DNA from: Azolla caroliniana
Lineage: Eukaryota > Plantae > Polypodiophyta
Direction: 5' to 3'
DNA: 24,973 nt
Assembly: GCA_043228905.1 (NCBI GenBank)
Contig: JBHGNT010000446.1
Location: forward strand, 1-24,973
Shown: positions 11,801 through 21,325 of the stretch, piece by piece
How positions within the stretch are numbered: the first letter of the stretch is position 1
Layout: each line of letters starts with the position of its first letter
Program-made: the position numbers and the translations under genes
The notes under the pieces: model-generated
Seen by the model: only the letters and a program-made list of their open reading frames with translations
What the model was told of the DNA's origin: nothing
Database searches by the model: none

Positions 11801-12020
11801 TTTGAATGGACAGAAGGTCACCAATGGAAGTGACCTGTACAAAATCTTGGATCGTTGTAAAATTGGGGACACGGTAAATTTCTTTAACTGAAAAGTCTAA
11901 ACTCTAAGTCCTAAACTCTAAACCCTAAACTCATGCTAATGTTTTTTATAGGTTACAGTTGAGGTGCTGCGGGGTGATAAGAAAGTCGATGTTCCCGTGA
12001 CTCTTGAACCTCGAGACTAA
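5448..12020 (+). CDS. DEG1: Protease Do-like 1, chloroplastic (DegP/HtrA serine protease, trypsin-like domain + PDZ); join(5448..5857,7675..7797,7883..8054,8694..8731,8807..9005,11442..11594,11739..11873,11952..12020), 432 aa
   Basis: The spliced 1299-nt frame is open and all introns are GT-AG. Motifs: [33 protein letters not shown] (His), DKDVAVL (Asp), [14 protein letters not shown] (Ser), and [20 protein letters not shown]...GDIITSLNG. The N-terminus is a Ser/Pro/Arg-rich transit peptide followed by a hydrophobic lumenal signal ending S-Y-A. Confidence 0.95.
7675..7797 (+). CDS. DEG1: DEG1 exon 2 (catalytic His)
   Basis: GCAG| acceptor; [40 protein letters not shown]; |GT donor. Confidence 0.95.
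7883..8054 (+). CDS. DEG1: DEG1 exon 3 (catalytic Asp)
   Basis: [57 protein letters not shown], bounded by AG/GT. Confidence 0.95.
8694..8731 (+). CDS. DEG1: DEG1 exon 4
   Basis: [12 protein letters not shown](S), bounded by TTTTACAG| and |GTATGA. Confidence 0.93.
8807..9005 (+). CDS. DEG1: DEG1 exon 5 (catalytic Ser, GNSGG)
   Basis: [66 protein letters not shown], bounded by AG/GT. Confidence 0.95.
9824..10246. mobile_element. hAT-family MITE, copy B (same family as copy A, inverted), in DEG1 intron 5; left TIR degraded or interrupted
   Basis: The right end AACCGTTGCCGATTTTTA matches the copy A TIR. Internal blocks (GGTTTCGGTTTTCAA, TTCCTAAAATGTGAGAAT) match the reverse complement of copy A. 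A full left TIR is not found. Confidence 0.85.
11442..11594 (+). CDS. DEG1: DEG1 exon 6 (end of protease domain, start of PDZ)
   Basis: [51 protein letters not shown], bounded by AG/GT. Confidence 0.95.
11739..11873 (+). CDS. DEG1: DEG1 exon 7 (PDZ)
   Basis: [45 protein letters not shown], bounded by AG/GT. Confidence 0.95.
11895..11929 (+). repeat. Degenerate plant telomere-type heptamer array (5 units, CCCTAAA-like) containing a telo-box, in DEG1 intron 7
   Basis: GTCTAAA CTCTAAG TCCTAAA CTCTAAA CCCTAAA in perfect 7-bp register; includes AAACCCTAA. Confidence 0.7.
11952..12020 (+). CDS. DEG1: DEG1 exon 8 (C-terminus and stop)
   Basis: [22 protein letters not shown]; acceptor TTTTTATAG|. 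Confidence 0.93.
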   Translation, partial: VTVEVLRGDKKVDVPVTLEPRD

Positions 12021-13558
12021 CACCTTGATAATGTTTTTTCTATTTGTGGATATGGAAATGAAGATATAATCCTATAATTGATATGGTGTGTAAATTGCAA
12101 GCCTCCAAGCTGGACTCAAACGTCAATTCACAATTCAATGTCTCCCAGAATGATTAATTAAAGTTCATCTATCTCTTTGGTTTGGTTTAGAGGTGCTCAA
12201 CCAACTTGAAAAGGAAAATATCCACATCAAATATGCTATGAAATCAAGCAAATGCTACAAGTTTATTTTTCGCTTGTATGGCTATTATTTCGATGATGGG
12301 AACAGAGGTAATCCTTGCACTTTGTTATGCAATCAATGACTACTAAATTGGAAATTAGCTGCCTCATGTCTGAACTATCTAATGTTTCCTCAATTCTCTC
12401 CTCAAGCATTTACGCAATCCCTGCTTTTGAAGGCTACCAAATCAAAGAAAAATATCCTATTTTTGAAATTATCATGTCTCATCAGTTCTTTACCATAGCA
12501 TGTTTTTGAAGGTAACCAAACCAAAGGGGAGATATCAAATTTAGTGTCGACTAGAAAGCCATATCAAAAAATTGTGGGATATGTACAAATAATTCTTTAT
12601 CAATGCAGAAATGTTAGTGTTTGATAAAATCCTCTGTTGTAATGGAAATGCCATTTGCCTTGCATTTTTCTTATAGCTCAAATAATTTCTTGCTGCTTGA
12701 ATTATGCCAATCAATATTATAGGACTAACAATTTCTCTATTTTATTGTACCACAATCTACAAAATACATGCAGAAAATTGCATGTTCTCCAATATATTAT
12801 TGTATGGTGATCATGAGAACCCTGTGAACAATCAGTTAATGTATGTTCCATTATTAGCATTAATGAAAACATCACGTGCTATTGTGTTTAATTGTCAACA
12901 CATCCTTGTATCATAGTCATAGTATGGTCAGTACTAGATTGTAGTAGTTTAATGAGCTATGTTATGGATGATCATCAATTATAGCAGTGTCCAAAATTAA
13001 ACTGTGGCACACTAAGGGAGCTCTGAGATCCAAAAATAGTTTGATGTAAGACAATGTGTGAAATCTGTTGTAGAAACATGGGGAGGAGCTATAACATCTC
13101 AAAGGAGCATTTATATTACATTTGGGTATTCATTAGGCATTGAATGGCTATTCACAATCAAACCACTCCAAACATATCTACCTCAGATTCGCCCGACCTC
13201 GTCCTAAATCGTATCAGTTTGCTTTTCAACAATTGTTGACTGTCATTGTTAGCTTACACATGATTTGAACGCCAGTGAAATCTTATTTGGCACCTTTGAA
13301 AGTCTCCAAAATTTCCAGACATTTTTCAATAAATGGCTATTCTTGATTGGCTATGAATGACGTGTTATTGGAGAATATATATAATATATATAATATATAC
13401 ATAGGCTATATATATAAACAGAAACCAGTAAATCACCATGAACAAAATATATATACCCTCTCAAATAGGTAACACTAAAGTACATGTGCTCTATCTAGGA
13501 ATTACCAATCATCACTCCATATGTTTAATAATAGAAAAACAAGATACTGAAATGCTAT

Positions 13559-14444
13559 TCAAATCCCAGTTGATTTGGTTTTATTAGGCTTTGTTAAGCT
13601 GCTCGACATTCCGGCTTTCTTAAAGTTCGCACTCATGCCTTGAAAATCTACAAGATCTTCAAACAATCTGTCAGCAGGGTTAGCATTCTGTGATGGACTA
13701 GCTCCTTTAGTAGTCCCTTGCAATCGCTGATTACCAGAGACACTTCCAGATGAAGACAAATTCCCAATAGACGAAACTTGGGATCTCTGATATTGAGCAT
13801 CTTGAATACCCAAATTCTTAGTCTGCTCTTCTAAGGAACTGACACTCGACGCAGCATATGTAGTCTGATCCGTCTGCTCCGGAAAGTAGCCATGCCTCTC
13901 TGTGTAGTTCGTAGGAGATCCAATGGTTGGTGGCAAATGTTGTCCTTCGATTTGAGGGTTATAAGAACTAGGTTGCTGGTGATTCCCAATCACTCCTGAA
14001 TGCTGATTCAATGCACTTGACTCTGGCCTAACAGAGGACCATGGTGCAACATAACCACTGTAATCCAATTCTTGTAGATATTGAGAGGATATATTCATAT
14101 GGGGGCCTGGATTTTCTGAAATGGGTATTCTTTGTTGCTGAGTCGTTTGTGGAGGTATGGCTGTAAAAGTTGAACCAGATGCGAATGGATTGTATAAAGA
14201 GTCATCCAGCTGCTCCTTTGTAGGACTTGTAAGAGCTGCATTTGCAGGGCTTGCAAGAGCACCTGGAGTTTTGGGGGAAGAGTCTTTAATGGACTCTCCA
14301 CTGAGAAGATCTATTGTCTTCCCCTTTGTACCTGGAGGTGGATTAAGCTTTCTAATAGGCTGAGGTGGTGGTGGAAGTGCAAATGGAGCACTACTGGATC
14401 GGCCTTCTTGGCTACTAGGTGCACGATTTGGTCTTGAGCTTGGC
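13559..14444 (-). CDS. TOL: TOL last coding exon (Pro/Ser-rich tail, stop)
   Basis: ATGCAG| acceptor; frame continues into ORF 14098..13559; contains ALPPPP, IDLLSGE, NPF and [10 protein letters not shown]. Confidence 0.9.
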
Positions 14445-17400
14445 CTGCATAAACAGTTTAAAACATTACATATTCATACAAATGCAAAGATTTACGAGCA
14501 TGAAAAAAGTTGCACACTTATGTGCCAATTGGGAAAAGTCATCCTCAGCGTCATCATCCTCTGGAGCATATACAGGAAAACGTTTTGGAGATCCTGACTT
14601 GACCACGGCTGGTACCGTGGCCCCAGCCACAATAGCATCATACTTTGCTAGAGCACGCTGCATTTCATCGTTCAAGGCAAGACCTTGACACAACAATTGT
14701 TCATCCCTACACACCATTTAAAATGACGATTAAAAGTCATTTATACCAAACACAAATTCTAACACCTTTACAGAACTATAAAATTTAAAACTTACAATGT
14801 AGAATTAACAAGATTCAAGATACTGTTCTGACTGGTCCGGCATTGGTCAACAAGTTGGATGATCACTTCATTTTTCACAGCCTACAAATAATCAGATTTA
14901 AATAAATGACAATGAAATATAGAGGAGCAGTAATAAGGTGCAAACAACAAAATGGAGGAGACAGCAAAAAAGTGAAGAAAAACCCAAAGGTGTTTTAAAG
15001 TGACTCATGAAATGTTGAGCAGTCAATTGAGTCATAAGGAAAGAACAATGCAGAACAATTGTAAACTTGACTTGACGGTAAATGCCTGCCCAAAACTAGA
15101 AATACTGCTGGATCATAGTTACCCTTGAAGGCAGATTGACATAAATGGTCAGGCATGTGAAGATGTCCAAAATAATATTCAAGTCATTTCTTGACTCGAA
15201 TATATGGGTTGACTATTAAAGAAGAAATATTCGAGTAATTTCTTGAGGTTTCACCATTTGGATAGTAAAGAGCTTTCAGGTTTGCAATGTTCTGCCAAGC
15301 ATATCATATATCAGACATCGACTCAGTGAGAAGTCATTGTCTAACATTATAACTAATAAATGCTGCTAATCATGTCCTCAGTTGCATCACATACACCAAA
15401 TTTGTGAATGTAGTTCTCTGCCAAGATTCTAACACGAGAATATCCTAGTTGTATTCCTTGAAGGCTTAATGCAATGACATGTGCTTGCATTCTAAAAGGT
15501 GGTGCACGATCTCTTATGTGGGAAAGAAACATTGTGCAGTCATGTGTTAACAGATTGCGAACCTACCTACCAGGCCCTAGGCCCACATAACAGATTGCAA
15601 ACCTACCTATGATGTAAATTAATAATTGATATGGTTTACATGAGAGCTAGAGGTAAAAGTTAACATGGTTAGAGGTTCAAGCTCCCCTTGTTTCATCTAA
15701 TTTGCAGATTGCAGGTGGATCAAGCTTTCTTTCCATAGGTTTGCTGGGGTTTAGTGTTTCCATTTAGTAGGGCTTCAGGTTCTACTTTTGCCATTTTCTT
15801 CTTCCTTGCAGATTGCACCTTACACTCTTTCTACTCATCCACATAAGCCCGAAGCGTTGTCTGGTATGGTCCATGTTGTTCGTGGATAAACTAAAACTAA
15901 AGGTGCTCAAATTTTAGTTAAGTACTTCTCTTTAAATTGAGGCTGAAATTGTTCTTTTCTGCTTACTACCTGGCCAATCAGAGTTTGCCTATCAGGCCAT
16001 CTTGGATCTAAAGCTCAGGTTATGATACTATCTTCCATCAATATTAATTCTTCGGTCCTGGAGTTTCAAGATGCCCTATTTTCAAGATGCCCTACCTTCT
16101 ATTGATTTTCATCTGACATGTTTTCCAGTAGCTCCATGCAGTCCATTAACAACTTTCACCATCTGGTTCATAATTCTGTAACTTGATCCACTGGTGCTAA
16201 GGACAGCACCCGAACTTTGGTTTCCAGGCAGCTGATTCTTTTACTGCAAGTCATTCATAAAATTTAATTGCACCTGGTCAAGCATAATGGCTCGTGCCCT
16301 TCACTCATCTTGTAACATTTCTGAAGGGTGGCAGCTCCAGAACTGTACTTTCTTTCATCTTTACAGCTCGGACTGTCTCCATCTAAACATGACCAAAGTG
16401 GAAAAGAATAGTGTGATCTGAACTGATATTATTGACTTGGAAAACAAGATAACATGGATCAGCCCCAAAATATCACTTGGTACATAGATGGCCCACAACA
16501 AGATACACTTTTCACACACATTGGGGGATGGATTCATCATCAGGCCACCATATATGGACATAGATCTATCCAATGCGCTGCGCAGTGTGATATGGCAGCT
16601 GCGAACTTCATCACATCCGTTAGAGATTGAGGTGGGCTGATATACACGAATAACTCTAGAAGAAAGCATTTGCCAATTGTGTCATCAAGAGTGGAATCCG
16701 AAGAACACTATGTTTGTTATTCTAGTGTCTTTTATGAAATAAGAGGGAGATACCATTGCCACTTTAAACATGGCTTTGGCCCACTACACAAGGTAATGGA
16801 ATATGAGGACCAATGGTGCCTAGTTGTTGAAAGACAATAGTACCACACATGCTCATCCACAAAGAGCAATCGCAACTTTCTTTAGCCCCATCACTCCTAC
16901 CCCCAGTCAATCAAGGTATAAACAATCAAGGAAATAAAAAAAAGGTATTACAATAGATCAGGCAATAGCAATTTGTCGTGCACATAGGCCCCGGTTGCAC
17001 AGACCACAACCTCACCACCCTTGTCATTGATAGATGAAGGCCATTATCTCCCACCATTGCAAGTGCTTCCCCCGCTTTGGAGACCTCTCCATTCTGCATT
17101 GACCTATGCTAGAGATCTTTCGAAGACAAAAGTTATAATATATCTAACTTGAGAATCTTACATGTGTTGAAAACCAGATTCTTTGGTCTCTTTTTATCCT
17201 ATTTACTTTTATATTTACTTGATTTGTTGTTCTCAAATATGAGACGATATAATCTCTTGTTTGGTTTTATAGGCCATTTTGGTCTCTTAAAAGACATTAT
17301 CAACAGTCTCTGCTCTTTGGCTATATCTCTACTTTGTACAATTATTTTCCTACAGCTGTCTAACAGCATTCTCAAAGCTTGGCTCTGTCTATTTTATTTC

Positions 17401-20400
17401 CAACAGTTCAACTGCTGTTATCAACTACTTTTCTCACATTGTCTCCATAGCCTCAGCCTGATTTTTTGCCAAAGAGTACATAAACCTATATTCTTTTATT
17501 CCTCCCTCCCAACCCTAAAGAGGAGGTTCTCTTAGCAGTCACTTCCAATCCTAAGAGAATGTTTCCCTAATTTGCGCCTCACCTAGCACCAAGGGAGGAG
17601 TAGACAGCCCTTGAGCATCTACTTACAGCTGCTGTAAACAAACCAGTTGTAGTTCAAGAGGAGGATATCCATGGCATCGCATGCCACCATTGTTTCGACA
17701 ACCATTCCCCAACTCCCCAAGGACTCCATCTTGGAGGGGAATAACTACTTGCTACAGACCTTGCTACAGTACCATCATCTATGGAATTTGGTCAACGGTA
17801 GTGATAAGAACTACAATTATCTTCATTTACTTCAACCACATCAGGTGCTGGTTCACCTAGAGTTAGAACTGAAGCTTGGCTAGATAAGGACTCTTGTGCT
17901 CATGCTTTTCTTGTGTTTAATATTAAACCTACCATTGCCTGTCAATGAGCTATGGGAAGCCATCAACAGAAGGTATGATAGAGGTAATCCTGCTCAAATG
18001 ATAGCTGTTGAGAACTCAACTAGTAAATTTCAAGATTCATGACACTCCAAACGTTATAAATCAAAACATACTATTTGTTAATCTCCAAAAGGAGCTAATT
18101 TCCTTGGGAAGCAAGTCAACTGAAGCTGAATTTGTGCATCGTCTAATGACCAAGTTGCCTGAATCATTCTCGGACAATTAAACTTCTTCCCAACACACGT
18201 AATATGAATACATTTGTTGGCATGCTTCAAGAAACGACCACAAGGAAAAAAGGTGCTCAAACCTCTAATGAAACACTCTTCATGCCAAAAGTAAAGGAAA
18301 GTGGAAGCACAATGGCAACTCCAACAACAAACCCAATCCAAGACCAACAAAAAACTTGGCTTACAAGGAGTTCGCTTGTCATTATTGTGGCTATAAAGGC
18401 CAAATTCAGCCTGGCTGTTGGAAAAAGAGAAGAGACAATGCCAAGAAGTTTTCTTCTACCAAAGGTCAGCCTACACCAAAATCAAACACATCCCATCAAC
18501 CAAAGAAACAATTTTCTTTGACATTGAAGAAAATTCTTCACATTTGGTTGGACCAACTACCTCCATCATTGATGAGTGGCTAGTAGACAAAGGTGCTATT
18601 GTACACATGACTTATGACAAATCTATTTTGCATGATGTCCCAGCTCCTTCCAGAACATTCTTCACATTTGGTTGGACCAACTACCTCAACCATCGATGAG
18701 TGGCTAGTAGACAGCAGTGCTACTGCACACATGACTTATGACATATCTATTTTGTACGATGTCCCAGCTCCTCCCAATCTCCATAGGAGAGATGCCTCAA
18801 ACCTTGAGATTTCCTGTGTGGGTAATGTGTTTCTTAACACTTCTTTGCATGATGAGCCTGCTGTTCTTCAAGATGTGCTACATGTGCCATCACATAGTTG
18901 AGGAGATCAAAGCACAAGGGGATGCCAAAGCCTCAAAAACTACTTTGTGCTCCATCCTTTCATGATTTATAATCTGTTGACAGAGTTGAGACAATTGATC
19001 ATCATGGCTATTCTGGTAATCACAGTCATCTCTCCAAGGCAGCTGAACTCGTTGTCATCATCATAGTTGTTTCTTTCTTTATCCAGTTAAATTCGTGGCA
19101 GGGTCAGGTGTCTGCACTTACAGGGCCTCTCCTTTCATTAGTAGTACCATTCTTCTGTTGGTTAATGCCTTGCTGCATCCTCTTTGTTTGAAGCCTACTG
19201 ATAATGTTTATTCCAATCCCTCTCCAAAGGTATCTCTCTTTCTTATTTCTGCTGCCATCTATCAGTATTGGGCACAGAAAAAGAACTTAATGGATGAAAG
19301 AATCAGTATGGGCTCTCATGGGAGTTCAGTGTCTATCATTATCCATTACCTCTGCAATAGAAGAGAAAGACATGTCTGCAAATTTTACAATGTTCAATTT
19401 GTTTACCCTATCCCCCTTTAAAAAGCTCAAATTACTCTAATAGGTAGAACTCGGCTTTGGGCCTATGTATGTCAATGTGCATCTCATACATTCCTAATCA
19501 ATTCACTGCAGGTATGCTTAAGAACTGCTTATGATACATGACCTTAACTCCTACAAATTTGGTTATGCATTTTACTAAACTGTCTTTATCCAACAATTGA
19601 GCCACAATTCTAGTCTGTAAGTGGGTTGATAGTTTGATGAAATGCCACATGAGCCAAGTGAATGTTAGATTGTTTTCCTTCATTTCTCAAGAGAAGACAG
19701 TCCATATTTTAGATTAACATTGTTGTCAGAATACCTGCTTATCATGAGGGTCAATTGCATTCAACATGTCATTTAGAACATCCAGCTCACTCTGGGCTCT
19801 GTCCATGTCTTTTGAGCTGTGAAGGGCATAGTTTTAGGATTCTTGACCAGATAAGATAAGATAATATTATGAATAAATGGAGTCAATGCAAGAAAAAATA
19901 TGCTCTTTCAACATCAAACATTTAAAATAACCTCACCTCCATACATGCCTACCATCTGCAGTCACAGCCATCATATCTTCTAGTGTTGATACATATGGTG
20001 GCGATCCATGTCTTGCATTTGGAAATGAAGATGAGAATGATTGTGGGTGTGTCGGTGGTGGGGTAAACATGGGGACAGCACTTTCTGCATCTCTTTCAGG
20101 AAATTCGACACCACAGCGCTACAAAAACAAATTATAGAAAGAGAAGGTTATAAAAACTGATTATAAATTAACCAGAGATTACTAATAATGCAAACCTCTT
20201 TCATTTCATGATGTCATATTAGGAAATAGAAAATAATAAAGTGAACAGCTTCACCAACCAAAATTATGCTAAAATGATCACCCAGAGCTAGACTCTTATT
20301 AGCAATGGGCACGGTTCGGTTCGGTTTCAAGGCAAAGAAACTGAACTGAACCAAAACCGAACCGTTTATATAAAACAAAAACCAAACCAAACTGTTTAGG

Positions 20401-21325
20401 GGAAAGTTGAAACCAAACCGAACCATTTAATAAAAATTTTAAACCAAACCGTTTAATAAAAAATTTACACCTAACCATTTTAACCAAACTAATTAAACAT
20501 CTAAATAAACAAAAATACATTAAATTAAATAAGCATTTAAGTTCAATTTATTAAATCAATAAAAGAAACTTTAATTGAATCATTAAATTAAATAAACATT
20601 TAAGTTAATTTAATTAAATCAATAAAAAACCATTAATTTAATAAACTATTAAGGTAAAAAAAAAAAGTTAACCAATAAACTGTTTAACCATGGCTTAACG
20701 GTTCGGTTCGGTTCGGTTTGAGCCGAAACCGTGCCCATTCCTAACTCTTATGTCGCACCTCATTTCTGCATATCAGATGAATTCTCAAGATAATTTTGCA
20801 TGGCTAAATTTTAGTGAGAACCCTAGAGCTTACCCTAAGGTCATCGTATGCCATATAATATTGTGGATATCTTCCAGAAATCCCACCAAAAGCTTCTTGC
20901 CAAGAGTCTAAAAGCACTAATATTTTGTCCCTCACACTCATATCTGTCTGCATGAATAAAAGAAACATATTTCACTAATGAGACAGTTTACCTTAAAAAA
21001 ACCATTACTAACAACAATACACATCTATAAGAATGCATATTCTTTGTACCTTCTTCTTCACTATTTTGACCATTTCAGGTAAGATATCTTTTTCAGCGAC
21101 ACTATGATGAATAATTTCTCCACAATTCTTCATTATTGTTTCCAATACCTATAAATTTACATATGATTGAGTACTTAATTTTTTATTGATAATTTTTTGA
21201 AAACCTGCTGCTTAACGGAGAAAGCACATAAAAATTCTCCAATTACCACTAAAGCCAATAGTTGTACTTTTCCATTTTTATTTCCTAGGCGCTTTTTTAT
21301 TGCTTTAACAACCTCACGTGCTTGC
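13559..21325 (-). CDS. TOL: TOM1-like protein (VHS + GAT domains, ESCRT-0-like ubiquitin adaptor), 5'-partial; complement(join(13559..14444,14518..14706,14796..14881,19735..19816,19937..20118,20834..20947,21050..21148,21247..21325))
   Basis: The spliced frame is open (1717 nt, about 571 aa visible) and introns are GT-AG. VHS: [36 protein letters not shown]...[28 protein letters not shown]: [12 protein letters not shown]...[12 protein letters not shown]...[24 protein letters not shown]-terminal IDLLSG and [10 protein letters not shown]. The TOL subfamily cannot be assigned by eye. Confidence 0.93.
14518..14706 (-). CDS. TOL: TOL exon (end of GAT domain)
   Basis: [28 protein letters not shown]...[14 protein letters not shown], bounded by AG/GT. 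Confidence 0.92.
14796..14881 (-). CDS. TOL: TOL exon (GAT domain)
   Basis: [28 protein letters not shown], bounded by TGTAG| and |GTAAG. Confidence 0.92.
15548..15609. repeat. 22-bp direct repeat around an 18-bp spacer
   Basis: TAACAGATTGC(G/A)AACCTACCTA at 15548-15569 and 15588-15609. Confidence 0.85.
16430..17140 (+). mobile_element. 5'-truncated non-LTR retrotransposon (RTE-X/RTEX-like) ORF2 C-terminal relic in a TOL intron
   Basis: The plus strand reads [47 protein letters not shown]-(frameshift)[21 protein letters not shown]. This fits the recalled LRxSxHxLxIExGR...EERxCxxC...VExExHxxxxCxxYxxxR C-terminal Zn-finger signature. The 3' boundary is approximate. Confidence 0.7.
17671..18900 (+). 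mobile_element. Decayed Ty1/copia gag-protease fragment in a TOL intron (no LTR, integrase or RT seen)
   Basis: Gag N-terminus LEGNNY...[13 protein letters not shown]; Zn knuckle [14 protein letters not shown] (CX2CX4HX4C with H->Q); protease [12 protein letters not shown] followed by LQDVLHVP. Multiple stops and frameshifts. Confidence 0.85.
18528..18775 (+). repeat. 124-bp tandem duplication spanning the copia protease active site
   Basis: 18528-18651 versus 18652-18775, about 13 mismatches by manual count. Confidence 0.9.
19735..19816 (-). CDS. TOL: TOL exon (start of GAT domain)
   Basis: [27 protein letters not shown], bounded by CACAG| and |GTATT. Confidence 0.92.
19937..20118 (-). CDS. 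TOL: TOL exon (VHS end and linker)
   Basis: [25 protein letters not shown]..., bounded by TGTAG| and |GTGAG. Confidence 0.92.
20300..20743. mobile_element. hAT-family MITE (444 bp), copy C, in a TOL intron
   Basis: TIRs TAG(C/G)AATGGGCACGGTT (16/17 match). Perfect 8-bp TSD ACTCTTAT (20292-20299 and 20744-20751). Subterminal AACCG repeats and an internal AT-rich duplication of about 63 bp. Confidence 0.92.
20834..20947 (-). CDS. TOL: TOL exon (VHS)
   Basis: [38 protein letters not shown], bounded by AG/GT. Confidence 0.94.
21050..21148 (-). CDS. TOL: TOL exon (VHS)
   Basis: [33 protein letters not shown], bounded by AG/GT. Confidence 0.94.
21247..21325 (-). CDS. TOL: TOL exon (VHS; probably the second coding exon)
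   Basis: [26 protein letters not shown], bounded by TGTAG| and |GTAATT. Confidence 0.93.

Noticed and set aside
12021-13558. Possible overlap of the convergent DEG1 and TOL 3' UTRs; short ORFs; TA-rich tract at about 13375-13415
   Set aside because: The stops are 1.5 kb apart and poly(A) sites cannot be placed from sequence alone; the ORFs lack features.
15548-15609. CRISPR-like repeat-spacer-repeat
   Set aside because: Only two repeats, an 18-bp spacer, a eukaryotic intron and no cas genes.
17149-17535. 128-aa Leu/Phe-rich plus-strand ORF as a membrane protein gene
   Set aside because: It lies inside an intron, starts at a non-ATG codon, and its composition is explained as the antisense of a purine-rich decayed frame.
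19040-19260. Possible RTE-type LINE 3' end on the minus strand (...TPDPAT... followed by a short GAT repeat)
   Set aside because: Only a 3-4 residue resemblance, with no TSD or convincing upstream RT similarity.
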